Shown: in pieces, positions 45,301-60,300 of the stretch
How positions within the stretch are numbered: the first letter of the stretch is position 1
Layout of the letters: every line of letters starts with the position of its first letter
Assembly (NCBI GenBank): GCA_043813605.1
Contig: JBDRKX010000047.1
Span: forward strand, 53,539 to 117,538
Reading direction: 5' to 3'
DNA length: 64,000 nt
Source of the DNA: Elusimicrobiota bacterium
GTDB lineage: Bacteria; CG03; SLGR01; JBDRKX01
Program-made: the position numbers and the translations under genes
The notes under the pieces: generated by a model
Database searches by the model: none
Seen by the model: only the letters and a program-made list of their open reading frames with translations
What the model was told of the DNA's origin: nothing

Positions 45301-48300
45301 AATGAGAGAGGCCGTCTGACAGCCCGCTTTATCATTGCGAGATCCGTGCTTGGTACTGACTGACAAAGGAGTATTTCTACACGGTCAGTCCGGTTCATGT
45401 CTTTCAGTTCGGGAACGTATTTTAGCCACGCTTTGTAAGGACCACTGTGGTTTTCGAGTTTCGTGAGTATTCTGTCATAGCGCTTCATCTGTTTAATAGT
45501 TGCTCTGGTATCTAGTGAATAGCGGTTGTTCTTCGCTTCGGCCGCAAAAACCTTTCCATCTTTAACGAGCATCATATCCATCTCTCCGGCCATGATATTC
45601 TTAACATATTCCAGGCTGAATGCTCTCAGTTCGTATCCTTTCTCTTCAAGGTATGCCGCGGTCTGAAGTTCCCCGGTCAGACCGGAAATGTGTGTATAGT
45701 ATGCTTCTGTAAACCGGAATCTTCTTGAATGGCCAAGGCCGAGCAGTACATTCTCAAGACCCGGTACTTCACGGAAATGGTATAACATCGCTACTATTGC
45801 ATCAATATCTTTTGCATTTTCGTCCGCCATTATGTTTTTTAGATGATGCGAAACGATAGGCAGCCTGTTTTCAAAACGGAATGGCGGCGCCCTTTCGGAA
45901 GTTACACTGTAAAAATCACGGTTATTTATTATGCCGTTTATTATAGCTCTAAATGCTGTTTTATACTGCTCCGGTATAGCATCAAAGTCCTGCTCTACGC
46001 TTTTCCAGTATTCATATTTAGCAGGTATTTCACTGAAAGAAGAGCCCCTGAGTTCATTTATTATCCTGGAAAATCTTTTCTCGAAAGGCACAACAGTCGA
46101 CATGCTTCCAGTGACTCTTACATCTACATAGTAGCGGAGAGCGTCTTTCAGCGGATTCTCTTTTCCGAAGATCAGCCTCTGTATGCCTTCATAAACCGAT
46201 CTGTGAGTCTTGTAATCATGTTCACCGAACAATGCAGAATACCCTTCATGAAAAAGTATTTCGTCGAAATATTCCCTGAATTCCGTAAATTCGGCATCAA
46301 AAAAATCCTGTGCCAATACGATCCTGTCACCGGCAACATAAGCCAGTAGATAGTCTTCACGGTTGTTGATAAGGGATTGAACTTTTTCTATTTTTCCGTT
46401 TTCAAAATACTCAAGAAGTGTCTTATGGACGGGTATTGCTTTATATAACAGGTTTTCCAGGTTTCCTTTGCGCTTTTGGGGCAGTTTTGACAGTGTGTTT
46501 TTTATTATAAAGTTATTGGGATCGGTCAGTTCATTGAAAAACCCGAGCATATCTTCGTCCAGGTCACTGCGGGCAAAATATTCTGTTAATAATTCCAACG
46601 TATAATCCGTAAACTTTTTATGCTTCTTTTCAGCTGCTTCAAGTTCCACAAAAACAAGTTCCTGAAGTTGTTTACCCAATTCGGCTATTTTGTCTTCTAT
46701 TAAGACTTTATCCTGCGTTTCCAGCCGGTTTGTCCGCTGGTATTCTGCCATTTTAAGGGCTTTTCCCTTGCCTATCGCTCCCCGGAGTCCTGTAACAGCC
46801 TCTATCGCAGGTAAAGTCACCAGATTCCTGTATGACACCTCTTCTGCAGGCACCTCCCGCAGTTCTTGAGTAACACTCTTCCTGATATTGTCAAAAACCC
46901 TGAGTTGAGCCATAAACACCAACATAAGATCCGAACCCTGAAGAAATTCCGCAATTTCAAACTGCTTTTTCTGGACATTCATACCGTGCATCAGATGCAG
47001 TTTCGCTACTTCTTCCGCATGTTTCTGAGGATAACCGTATCGCGTAAAATTGTCTATTTCTCTTCTTGTAACTGCCCAGTCTTTATAGTGCATCTGACCG
47101 AGAAACTGTATCTGTTCTTTGCTAAGATTGAATTTTTTATTTAATTCCATATCCATTCCGGCTTCAAGCAGTTCGTGAATGAGTATTTCCGGCATAGCGG
47201 GATTCTCGGAATCGAACCTCATCTCTATAGCCGGTCTCTTTTGCCACAGATATATGTTCTCTTCAGCCCATGTCTTTTTTCCTTTTTCAAGGCCGTCTTT
47301 AAACTCAATACTTATGTCAAAAGCGCTGATGATCTCCTTAAGTTCGTCAAACCTGTATGCCCTGTCTATAGCATCTTTCAGCTGGGGCAGCATTGCCCGA
47401 TCCATTCTGCGGATATGAAGATCTATTCCTCTGTATCCAATTTTTCTTTTATATAGATTCTTTACCAGTGATATACCGGCCGCCAGCGGAGCTATAGCCG
47501 AAAGGACCCAGGTGACAAAATATGCCGGCAACTCATCCAGCCCGGCAAACAGGCCGCCAAGCATATATTCTCTCATGCCTGACGGTTTTAATCCGGCTTT
47601 TTCCGCCATTACCGTAGGCTGAAACCGGCTCACATGTACTCTCTCGTGGAGGAGACTGGCCATAATATGTATCCCGGATAACACACTGGTCAACACTGAT
47701 CCTGCAGCAATGATATGCCCTACATTCAAATATAGCGTACCGTCTATTATGCCTGCAACGGCATAGTTTCCGCTTAAAGATACAAATTCTTCTGTAGACA
47801 TCAAACGGTAATCATCCTTAAAAAACCTCTTGATCAGTTTAAGCAGGGACGGATCCAGCAAAGCCTCAAGTTCGACAGTTGTATCTCCGGATTTAAAATA
47901 TCCTTTTTCAAAAAGTTTGACCATATCCCCTGTTTCGGGTTCAACTGCGTATATTCTTTCAATCATATTTTTCAGGTATTCTGTACTGCCATATTTTCCG
48001 GCACGCACTGTAGCTATAAGGAACAATCCGAAAAACGAAGCAAGAGAGACGATGGATACGAGAGGCATTCCGAAAAGGAGCATATCAGCACCCAGAAGGA
48101 GAGACCATGAAAGCGCCGCACTCATGAATGCAATGGGAGTATATACTACCTGGCCCGCGATTATACCATGTCTGTTAAGAACTATGTCCCATAACTTATC
48201 TACTTTTTTAAAATCCCCAACAGACATGTTCTTAAAATGATGGCCATATATCAAGTCACTGTCCTCGTGTTCCAGTATAAGCCGGAACGCTTCGCGGTTA

Positions 48301-51300
48301 CTCCGTGAATATACATAATCAAGAAGGTTTGTGTGCACATATATCGAGTCCGTACCTGAATGACCAAGTACTCTTCCTTCTGCAAACTCATCACCGCTTG
48401 AGAGAAGAAGGACCAGCCTACGGCTGCTAAGTGTCTCTGATTCCGATTCTACTGACAGTTCTAGAAAAAGTTTCAGTTTTTCTTTGAGTTTATCAGGGCC
48501 TTTACGCAGGATATATAACTCCAGCTCTCTTTCAGCAAGTCTGCGGGCATCTTCATCCTTAAAATAGAACGACTCCGTAAGATTTGCGGCTGTTTTCGCA
48601 TAATCATCGCTGAACATATGATCGATATCTGACGACAGGATACCGGGTATAAGCGCAATCGCCCTGCCAGAAGTTATTGCGTCCAGTACTGCCCCGTCAA
48701 CATCTTCCTGTATTACGCCTTTTTTCATAAGGTTCTTTTCTGTACCCTGTGCCAACTGTCTCTGCTTGAAGAGTTCCACCCGATTCAAAGCCTTTCTGAT
48801 ACTGCTCCCCGCGCCGACGCCTATTTTCCTCTCTTTTCTCATAGACTCTTTCAGTCCTTTTAAACGGCTCGTAAGTATCTTGCGTATATCTCTGAGTTCC
48901 GGATGTGTTATCAATTCTTTATCAGCCAGTACCGATTCGATCTTTTGTACAAGTATTTCCGCTTTCCTGTCCCTATAAGTGATCTTATCAAGGAACCCTG
49001 TCGTTGCTTCGCCCGGACGCATATTCCTTGTCACACTCAGGAACCGGTTTATTACTTCCCCGTCCGGAGTATGTCCTGACCATAACCATTCTCCCCTAAG
49101 ATCAGTCACATCCAGGTAAGGCATGAATTTGCCCAGATAACGCTGATACATCTGGAAAGCTTTCATAAAGTCCTTTGTCCCTGTTTCCATAATACCGTCA
49201 TACCCCACAACATAGAATTCTCCTTTGATCTGGAGTAAAAGAGCCGGATGAAGCGTGTTCTCTGACCCGAGTTCGGTGTCCGCTGACCTGCGGACTTTTA
49301 TGATATATCCCTCGACATCAGGTATGACATCTACTATATCCGCAATAAAATCGAGCATATGGTAATACAGGGCCATATACCTGGGATTCAGTGAAGTAAT
49401 ATCGTCTATAGCCCACTGTATATACCTTTCCAGATTTTCTTTTCTGTACTGTCCCAGATTCTCATACCATAAGTTAAACTCTTCCTCTGATCTCAATTGG
49501 GCTATTTCATCAAGTATTTTCTGTATCTCCTGGTCGGCATAATGTGCGCCCTTTGGTAAAAGAGCAAGAAATTCACGGGTAAATATCCTGTCTTTGAAAA
49601 GGTTATAAATATCCTTATATACGCCTTCGTGTTTCTTATAATGGTCTATTAGCTTCATTGCAAAATTAACATACGGCGCTATATCTTCGCCATGTGCATC
49701 AAGGAATATTGCCTTCCAGTCATCTGAGAGTATCTCATCAATAATATCATTGAGCTGCAGATAAGCCTCAAGGAGCCGGCGCTGTTCATCGCTAAGACTT
49801 TCGAGCCAGCCCTGGAAATCGAAGGACATATCCGCTCCCAGCGTTCCGGATATCTGTTCTATGATATCCGGAACCAGAGCCAGTATATCTGATATATCCG
49901 CATCTGGTAGAACTCCACTTGCTTCGTCAGCCATATCCTGCATTCCGTTCTGAAGATATACAGCAAGCCACATTGCCTGACTACCGGTCATGTTATCTTT
50001 TACAAAACTTATAAGTTCTTCCTTTGAACTGATGTCAAGCGCCCCTATATCCGTATCCGCCTTTATACTGTCAAATACGCTGCCCATATGACCGGCAAAT
50101 CCGGATATAACTCTATCATGATCAAACTTAAACCCTTTAAATTTGTTTAATAAATAGTCAACAAGCCATTTGGCATGTTCTTCACCAAGTTCTTTTGCCC
50201 AGTCTTTAAATTCATCCAATGATAACCTGTTGATCTTGTCTTCTATATCGTTTATAAATCTTTCCCGGTCAGCAGGGCTCAGCCATACTTCTTCAGGTTC
50301 TTCTTTGGCATAACTCATCCTCGGCCTTTCTACACGAGTCGCGACTTCCCGCATCGGTTTTTTTGCGGGAAATGAAAACCTTATCTGAAAACCTATCCTG
50401 TGCTCCCTGTCCGCGTCCGCAGCCTGTGGATATACTTTTTCGATACTGCTTCCAAAAAGCGTCGTTTCAATATTAGTAGACATATATCTGGCAAGTCCTC
50501 TTATTCCTCCGAGGACTTCAGTCTCGTCGGCAAACATCGGGTGCTCGCTGTCACGCAGCCTGTATTCAGCAAGAAGACCCAGTTTATCAAATCCGGGTAT
50601 AAAAGAGTCCCCCATAATACCGCCCTCAAGCCTGAGCTCGTCATATACGGGAGTATCTTCATATTCTATCTTTGTCGAAAGATCATAAGCATAAGCCTTA
50701 CCTTCGTAACCGAACCCTAATGTCCTGCTCTCCGGGAAGAGTTCAGTATCCTCCAGAGGATCAAAATCTATAAGTTCCAGGACATTACTGATAAACAGTC
50801 TTTCAGTTTCAACTGCCCAGAGTTTGAGAGTATCATCAGTAGTAGGCCTGTATACAAACATAATACCCTTTTCAAGATTGGCATATCCCGAGTGAAATCC
50901 TAAAAGTTGTGTATCTCCTGAATGGTAAGCGAAACTGTTTACAGCCGCTCCTACTGCCAGCGAAAAATTTCTCCAGTCTAGCGGAATACCGGTTTTTAAA
51001 GAGCCGCTCAACACATTAAGCTCTTCCTGTTCAAACGGACTTTTCAGATTAAGGTCTATATGAGAAGCTCCCAGATCAAAATCAAAATTTAAATAATGAA
51101 ATATACTGCCGTCAAAACTGACTTCCACCATACCGTACGGACTTTCCAGTATATCGCTTTCTCCCTCAGGCCCGGCAAGACCGCCTATTCTGAAAATAAT
51201 ATCGCCTTCCTCAAGATAAAATACATTTCTACCTAAAATATTAAGATTGCGCACACTTAAAGTAGGATCGAGATAAGCGTTCATCCCGTAAGGGCCAAGA

Positions 51301-54300
51301 TAGAATTCCGAACCTATATCGAATTCCGGGAAAGGGATATCCAGTCTGGCATCTATGTTAAAACCACCGGAAGCGAATGGAGAACCAACAGGCCATAATA
51401 CCATTGCCGTTATTATTATTATGCTCAGGAACCTCCTCACAGCCGGCATTATCTTTTTTGTAAATATCCATTTCAGTACCCGAAGGTTTTCAGGTATTTG
51501 TTTGGCTTCCCGGGCAAGCACCTTTTTCCAGAATCTGCTGACTATCCTGAAATCCTCAGGGCTCAGGTTTTCTATATGCCTGCCGTAGATTATGTCGTTA
51601 TCTTCATGTTCCGATATCAACCGGAGAGCGGTAATATCATCTTCTGTTTGGACAGCTATCAGAGCATTGAAATGATAATGGATCGAATTTGTGGTTTTAC
51701 CGCCATGGCCAAGGACTTTTCCTTTTGCGAAATGGCCTTTGGGATTCAAATGAACAACGAGCGTACGCTGTTGGAGCGTTTCCTGTGAAGTCTTTCTGTC
51801 TTCTCCTCTTAAAAGTCTGACCTTGTTCTTAAGTTTACTGGCAAGTACTGTGTAGAAGGGTTTCCTTACGGTTCCTATAAGGACCTTGAGCCGGTCCCTC
51901 AATATATTTATGTCCGAAGTCTCCATCCTTGCCAAGTGCCGTTTGAGTTCCTGCATGGACCTGATCCTGGCCCTGTCGTCCTGATCAAATCCTTTTGTCA
52001 GGTTATACGCCAGCATCTTTGGATCAGCAAACCATCTATCTATATCTTTCGCCTTTATGCCCGCAGGAATAGCTACTGCCCAGCCGTACTTAACATTGTT
52101 CCGTATATGTTTTTCGAGCCATTTAAGTTTTACTCCCTTTTTCATAAGGTTCTTGCCGGTACCGCCTTCCTCAGCTTTCTCGAGCTTTATCTTCTCTATT
52201 TCAGCGGCATCTCTTTTTACTGTTATCCTCTCATTTGCCCATCGAAGAGCTTCTGCCCAGAATCTCTGAGATTTACTGCCATTATAGAGCCCTATATGCC
52301 CGGCGTTAATTATTCTTCGGTAAAGGTTTTCCGGTGGTGTGCTCACTTTTTCCGCCATAGCAAGACTCTGTCCCTGCCGGTTCTGCATAAATTCAAATAT
52401 TCCCCTGAGCTGATCTTTGCCTGATGTTTTAATAAACGGATCATCCGATGAAAGAAACTCATCAAATGCAATAGTGAACATCCTGTCTTCAACGACAGCT
52501 ATCTTGCCGGGCTCCCTGTTAACATTGCCTTCACCGTCATCAGAGATGAGTTTATTGCGTTTTAGAAAATCCCATGTAGTATCTGCTATCTCTGCCTTAT
52601 TTACTGTCGCAGGCGGTGTTACATCGTCTTTTGTGCCTTCGAACATAATGACCGGACATTTTATCCTGGAAAGGTCTACCAGTTTCATCTCATGACCTAT
52701 TTGTATCTCCATCTCGCCTTTATAGAGCTGGTTACCCTTGAATATCTTGTCAATACATTCCAGGTACCAGAGTGACAGGTTGTTAGTTGTATAGAACCAT
52801 TTGATAAAATGTTCCGCCCGGGCAACATATTTCTCGTCATCGATATTATCTACCAGGTTCTGCCAGAAATCGATCTTCTTTGATTTACCTCCGTCAGGAC
52901 CCATGTTAAGGAATCCTTCAAGCTGGCTCTCGCCATCATAGATATTCTCACGGCCGAACCCGTGTACCAGCCAGTTAAAAAAATCTTCCGGAGCTTCTTT
53001 TGATACCCTCGTTATATCGTTATCTCCGAGTGTAGCGTGAAGCGGAGTGCCGGCAATATACAAGGCTTCGACTTTTTCCGGATATAATGCGGCTACTATT
53101 GCCGCTACCCAGCCTCCCTGACAGAGACCCGTTAACTGAACTTTACCGCCAACAGCGTCTATTGACTCGACTACATTGTGTACCATGTCGGTAATCAGCT
53201 GGATATCGTCCGGAGTCGCGCTCTTCCAGTCTATAGAATATGTAGGCTGGCCTTCGTTCTGGAATGTCTGAACAATACTCTTACCGTCAGCATCATCTGC
53301 TATTGTAGAGCGATGACCGGAATTCGGCGGTACTATCAGCATCGGGATCCGGCTCATATCTACACTGTGGTCTTCTGATACGGTGAAATCCCTCAGCATG
53401 AAACTGGATTTATCTATTATTACTTCGTTATCCGTAAACCATTCGGGCTCCTTAAATTCCACCCTATTAAGAAACTCAAGAGCTTTTTTTACTTTACGGA
53501 AATAATCGTTATACGGTGCCCAGAACCCTACCCATGGTTCATATACCGACTGGCGCCATAACCTTTGCAGATCTTTCGATTCTTTGGTCCAGGGAATAAA
53601 GTATTCTACAAAAGGAAATCTGGAAAAGAACCTGCCGAGATTCCTGCGGCCGGCTTTATACATATCCTCATTTTCTTTGCGAAGACGGGCAGCTTCAACA
53701 GCTTTTTCTTCATCTGTCAGCTTGATGCCCGCCTCGACTTTGGCCCAGAGCGGTCTAACCAGGGTATCAAACAGGTCTTGCCGGATATCCTTTTCGTGAT
53801 GGCCTCTTATAATATCACCGTCTTCATGTTCGAGTATAAGGGAAAGCGTGGTCTTTTCATATTCCGTTTCAACCGCATCGAGCATGTTTATGTGCAGATA
53901 TATGGATTCCCGGCCGGCGCCGCCGTGGCCGAGTATACGCCCTTCCGAGAAATGGTTTCCTTCAGAAAGCAGAACTACAAGCCTGCGGTTTTTAAGAGTA
54001 TCCTGTTCAGTCTTCTGTCTTGAATGAAGAAGCGTCCGCAACCGGTCTTTCAAATGCTCGATGTCAGAACGCGCCAGGTACTCCGTCAGAGCTTCTTCTG
54101 CCCTCTTACGCGCCCAGTCAAATTCATAGTCCATTGAATCAAGCAGGTTCCGGGCTGTTTTGTTCAAATCGTCCGCAAAGAGCGATTCTATGTCTGTCGC
54201 TGTAAGTCTTGCAGAAAGGCTTATTGCAAGTCCTCTGGTTATACTGTCTTCTATTATCTTATCTGCTTCTTCCGCAGTAACACCGGATTTCATCAGGTTC

Positions 54301-57300
54301 TTGCCGGTACCCAATGCTTTTGAGATCTCTGTCTTTTCTTTTTCTATGACTTCAGGAATTTTGCGAGGAACCTTAACAGGAATTTTACGAGGGATTTCAG
54401 GGGAAACAGCTCCTGCTGCGCGGAGAGCGAGGTTTTTTAGTACATCTTTGAATCCGGATATTATCTCTACAGGTATGTTAATAACACCTGTCGCAACAGA
54501 GTCAGGATTCATCAGTTTTGCGTTACGGATCAAAACCTGATCTTTATGAACAGGGGTATTTGTAAGGAGGTACCCGTTAGTTTTTATTCCTGCCGCATTG
54601 AGAAGAGTCTGTACACTCCTGATACTCTTACCGTCATCAGTCACATAGTCATCCAGGTGCCCCTGTCCGCAGAAGACAGCGATTCTTGCCGAAGGATCCT
54701 TATTGTGAAGTTTCTTTATCTCCCTGGCAAAATACCTGTTACGGCCGTTAGTGATTAACCTTTCTCTTATTCTGGGTATTGCAGCAATAGCATCCGTATC
54801 AAAGAAATGGTTTAATCCGGGTATCATCTTCTCAACTATTTTCCAGAAAAGCATAAGCGGCATATCCATATTTACTATTTTTATACCGGCGGCGCTTGCC
54901 GCTTCATATATCAATCGATAGAATTCAGGGCCGGATTCCCATATTCTCTGCTCACTGAAACCATGTCCCTCAAAGCAGAGGTACTTAACTCCTGATTCAT
55001 TTAAATCCTCCATAATACTCATCAGGTACATCGGGTGAGTCATGTTCTTATGATAGTCGCCGAATATCACTACGCGGGCATCATCTATAAGTTTTTTTAC
55101 ATCAGCGCTCTCTATTTCGGTATTCCTGTAGAAATCCGCCGCTTCAGGATCGGCACCTTTAAAGAGTTTTTCAAAGAGCAATACCCAGTTAACCCTCTCA
55201 CTTGCCTGCACCATATCATAGAATCCCCGGAAACTGCCGGATAAGAGATTCTCTTTCTCTGTTGTTGAAAGACCTGCTAACTTTTGTGTCAGTTTACCGA
55301 AAAAGATCAGTCGGGAAAGCCGAAGCGCTGAATTGGAACTCCTGTAATCATATATTGACCCGCTCCAGATATCCGTTATCTTTTTTATATCTTCTGTTTT
55401 TAACGAAGGCAGCCTGTCTATTATCTCCTGAAGAGAAGGGTCCAGTTCAGCCAGTTCTTTAAGGGAATCATTGATTATCCTGTAATCACCGGCAGGATTT
55501 ATAGCTGTCTCGACCATATCAGAGATGACTTTTACAGGTATTGTCACCGGACCAACCGTATCTATCAGCCTGTCTTTGATAACAGGCAGTATCCTGTCAG
55601 CCGATATCTCTTCTTTTTCAATACCCGGTATCTCTTCTTGTGGAACGATATCAGCTTTAATAGCTTTTACGATGATCATACCAATGCCTGTTGCTGTCCC
55701 GTCAAGCACACTCTTGAAAAAGTCACTATCAATAAACTGATCGAGAGCCGTCACATCACCTCTCTGTCTCTGTTCGATATTTACATTATTCAGGAATCCG
55801 GAATCCCGCGATTTCCTCACGACAAACGGTATAACAGGATTCTTTATGGCACGGAATTCTGCCTTCAGTTTGCCTTCCCCGGCAGATTTCTCAAGTAACG
55901 CGTTCACTACATCCGTTATCCTTCCTTTCTGTTTCCCCGGTATCCCCCTGAACTTAGGATTGATCATGATCCTGTCAATTATAAGCATATCAGGATCATC
56001 AACCAGGTTCACGCCGCCTATATCGATATTTTCCGCATTGTATATCCTGTGATTATAAAGCCCGGCCGCCATAGGGACGAACCTGAGACCGTAAGTCTCG
56101 ACTATAAATCCTTTCTCAGATAATTTAACTATCTTTTCAGGATATAATCCCTCTTCTTTTTTTATAATTTCCTGCAGCTCAAACAACGGAATAGAGTCAA
56201 TATGTTTCTTTTTGAGGTGCTCCTTGAACCCTTCCGGCGTCCCGTCAGGTTCAATACCATAATAATTGTATCTTTCCGTCACATAATCTATCAGCAATTT
56301 TAAAAATAGAGTTTTTCTCGCAAAACCTTCAGGCAGTTCATCTTCCTGGGCTTTCATTATGACTGACTTGTGTATGACAATGACATTTTTATCATCTATT
56401 CTTGCTATTTCTGCCAATCCCAAAGACTCTTCTTCCTTGAAGATCTCAGTCACAAGTTCTTTTTTACTGATCTTTACTTCAAAATCGGTCAGTTCAAAGA
56501 ACATCGACATAAACAGATGCAGCCCTTCAGTACCCAGCTCTCCGGTACTCATGAGATCATCCATATCGTCAAAAAGAGAGCTCGTGGTCTTACCTGCCGT
56601 AACAGGTATAGAAATAGAAGCTACTGCTTCTTCATGATGTTCAAGAAATTTGTCGATAAACAGGGAGATATTGTTTATATCGGTCCTTTTCACTCCAGCA
56701 GATTCTATCGTATTGTAAAAATCTTTAAGGATAACCGGATGCTCTGCCAGCGGCCGGCTCATCAGTTCCGTCATGATATAGATCATATCTTCTTCGACAG
56801 GATATTTCTCGACAAGCTCGATTTGAGCAGTAGTAAACGCTACCAGCTGTTCTAATCCGAGGTTGAGAGCAATAAATTCGACGATTTTTAAGTCATTACG
56901 GTCAATAAGGTTTTTCCTGAAAAGTATGTTAAGTATATCTATGATCCGCTCAAAACCGGGAGCAGTAAAAGTACCCGGCATATCATCCGGATAAGACTCA
57001 TATAAACCTTTTTTTATTATTTCGTGAATGATCTTTAGATCTTTGTCCTGGATATAGTTTTCTCTTGCAAGATTGTTAAGTATAAGAAACGTGCGGTAAT
57101 CTTTTATAAACAATGCGTATATAGAGTTCTTTTTTTGCCTTTCTATGACATAATCCATCATAAGTGTTCCATTACCCTCAAAATCTCTGCCTCTTATCAT
57201 CTCATAGGTCATCTCTGTATCAGAATCAAGGTTTTTAAGGTTCTGCATGATAAATGAGACTTTTTCTTTGAGTTCATTACCCGTATAACCACTGTCAGCG

Positions 57301-60300
57301 GTCATTTTCCTTATATCATCTTCTTTCAATTCCTTAAACTCAATGATCGATTTTTTTATTTCTTCTATACTCAAATCTTTATATAATTTGCTCGGCCTGT
57401 TCTCCCATGTGTTGAACAGGAATTCATTAAAACCCATCTGCGTGTCAAAAGCCACATCATGATCGAATCCGACAGGTACACCGTCAACCATAACCATATT
57501 GCTGTCATGCGGATCCCATTTGCGTATCAGGACATTGAATACAAACATAGCCGCTGCCGCTTTGTCGTAATCATTGTGTACGAATTCTCTGTATCCGGCG
57601 CCAACTGTCCTCGTAAGATAGAATCCTTCTTCACTGCTCCCTATCCCGAATTGTCTCAGATTTTCTGCTTCATCATTACTTATCGTCCTTATCTCCGTCG
57701 TATTTACCCTGCCTTTTCCGATAAGGTAAGCGAGCATCTCTCTCCTGTAGTCGTTCTTGTTCTTGTGATATCCATGGCCGCCGGACTTGAGCTTTTTTAC
57801 TATAAAGTTTTTATTGCCTTCATTTACCTGAAACTCCCAGGTGCCGTCCTCGATCGGATTTTTGCCGCCATAGACATATCTCGGTTCAGGTTTCTCTGCC
57901 GGTACCTCTTCTTTAAACTCTTTATCTATCTTCTTCAGGATTTCTGCCGCCGCCTGACTGATATTCCCGTTTTCTTCATAGAACCCCCGCAGATACTGTC
58001 TAATATAAGCCTGCTCTTCAGGATTTACGCTGTCGTGATACTGGATCATCCTGTCCGTTTCGCCGGACACAAGTATTCCGGCTAATTCCTCTTTATACGG
58101 ATTCGCTATTGTCTCTTTCAAACCCCGGGCATCAGAGAAAAGCAGGGCGATTCTAGGGTCACCTTTTAAAATAAGTTTAGACAGACTGTCGCCTATATCC
58201 TGAGAATAGATCTTTTTATTAAGTTTTATATCTATACTGCCGAGAGTGCTGTTCATGCCGAATATGACTGCCGGGGTACCCATTTCAGCCATCTGAGACG
58301 CGTCCACATGGTCAGAAGCATGAATGATCTCTGTTACCCGCCTGATACCGGGAATTACATATCCCGGTATGCGGTCAGGATGGTGATGGTAGAATACCGC
58401 AAGTTTTATGGAAGCAGGGATCTTTATTCCTTCTGTTTCCAGCTCTTTTTCGATGATAGCTACCGAATCGAGCGCATGGCCCAGAACATCTGTACCGCTT
58501 TCGTATTCCCTGTAATTCTTTCTGGTCTTTGATATATCATGTATCAAGGCAGCTATCTCAAGCGCAGTCTTCTCCTGTCCGGTGATACCCAGTTCTTCTG
58601 ATATTATTGAAGAGTATTCCCTCACACGCTCGATATGGCGATGCCTGTGTTCTATACTCCCGAAAAGCGCGCGGATCTTTTCGGATATTACGGAGACATC
58701 TCCGTTTATGACAAACCGTTCATTTTCAGGTGTATTATTATATTCGGCTATCACTTCGGCGATCCTGGGTATTATATCCGGATTTATTCCGCTCGATGTC
58801 ATCATCCTGGATATCTGCGCGATCTCTTCTTTTATCGGATCAGCTATCTCTGCCGGCTCCACTACTTCAACCGGCGGTTGTTCAACAGTTTCCGGTTCTT
58901 TTTCAGTTTTTTCAGGTAAAATCTGTGGGCGCTGTATTACACGGGCAGGTCTTTGCAGAAACTGTCTGTAAAGAAAATAGCTCATCCCTATACCGCCTAT
59001 CACTCCGGTTGCAACAGCGGAAACTGCCATAGCTGAAGCCGCCAGAGCCCATACAAGTACTGCTGAAACAGCTACTATACCGAGCGCGATCAGGACATTC
59101 CTGTATTTTGCAGTAAATCCCGGTTTTCTTCTTTTCTTTGTAAGATCACGGATATCCGCCGGGCGGGCGGAGACAGGTGTCTCTTCTATTTCACCTTTTT
59201 CTATCTGTACAAGAAGTTTTTTCAACCGTTCTGATTCCGTATATGTTAATCCTTTCTCACCCATACCTATCTCGGCATTATAGCCCTGGAAGAGTCTGAC
59301 AGTCTGGTCGCCCGACTCTATCAGATCACTCAGTATTTCTTCTATCCGCGTGGTTTCAGCAGATATTTCTGAACCTAGAGCAGGAAACATATCAGAATTC
59401 CTCATAATAGCCGTAACCGCATACGGATTGTATATATACAGTCCGTCGGATGTTTCCAGCAGTTTAATATCGTTGCCTGTACTCTCTATCAGGGTTTTTA
59501 ATGCTGTTTTCTCTGAAGCGGTTATCTCCTTCGAAACATCTACCCTGCTGAATGGCCTGGTTTCAGGCGAAATCACCGTTATCATGGCATCTGGATTGAG
59601 GACAATTTGTGTTTCCTGGTCTTTCTGTGCATTTTGCAGTTTGGTGAATGCTTCTCCGGCATCGTGCATTATTTTCTCTTCAAGGAGCCCTTCTGCTACC
59701 CGGACAGGTATTATCTCTACATCATTTTCACCTTTGACACCTACCGTAAACACCTCATTACCCAGGCTCAACGGTAAAATGGTTTTCCCGTTATAATCGA
59801 CAAATTCGTTCAGATGGAAGATGAATTTATCTTTTTCTCCTGCAATCGCCCTGTTTTTAGTGCGCATTTTATTGAACCTGTTCCACCATTTGAACAGAAA
59901 ATCGTCAACCTTATCGGCAAATCCGGCACTCTCATACCCGGATTCCTTCAGTTCCTGTCTTATAAAAGCGCCCAAACCCCTGACAACAACGCGTTTTTTG
60001 AACCATTCCATCGGCTGGAACGAAGAAACTGCAAGTTCTCTCATAAAAGCTTCTTCAAAACTCAGTTGCTCACCACCCCTGAGAAGCGCATAATACCTGC
60101 TCCGGTCCTCTTCGGTATATGCGGTTACCCTCGGTTTGATCACGGTATATGAAATCCCCTCTTTTTTAAGCTGTTCGCTGATACCGTATGAATGAAAACC
60201 ACCGGCTATCATGGCCAGTATCTTATCCTTGTCGTCAGAACTGCTCACAAATTTCTCTACAAAAGTCTCATCCCTTTTGCATGCCGTATCGTAAAAGACC

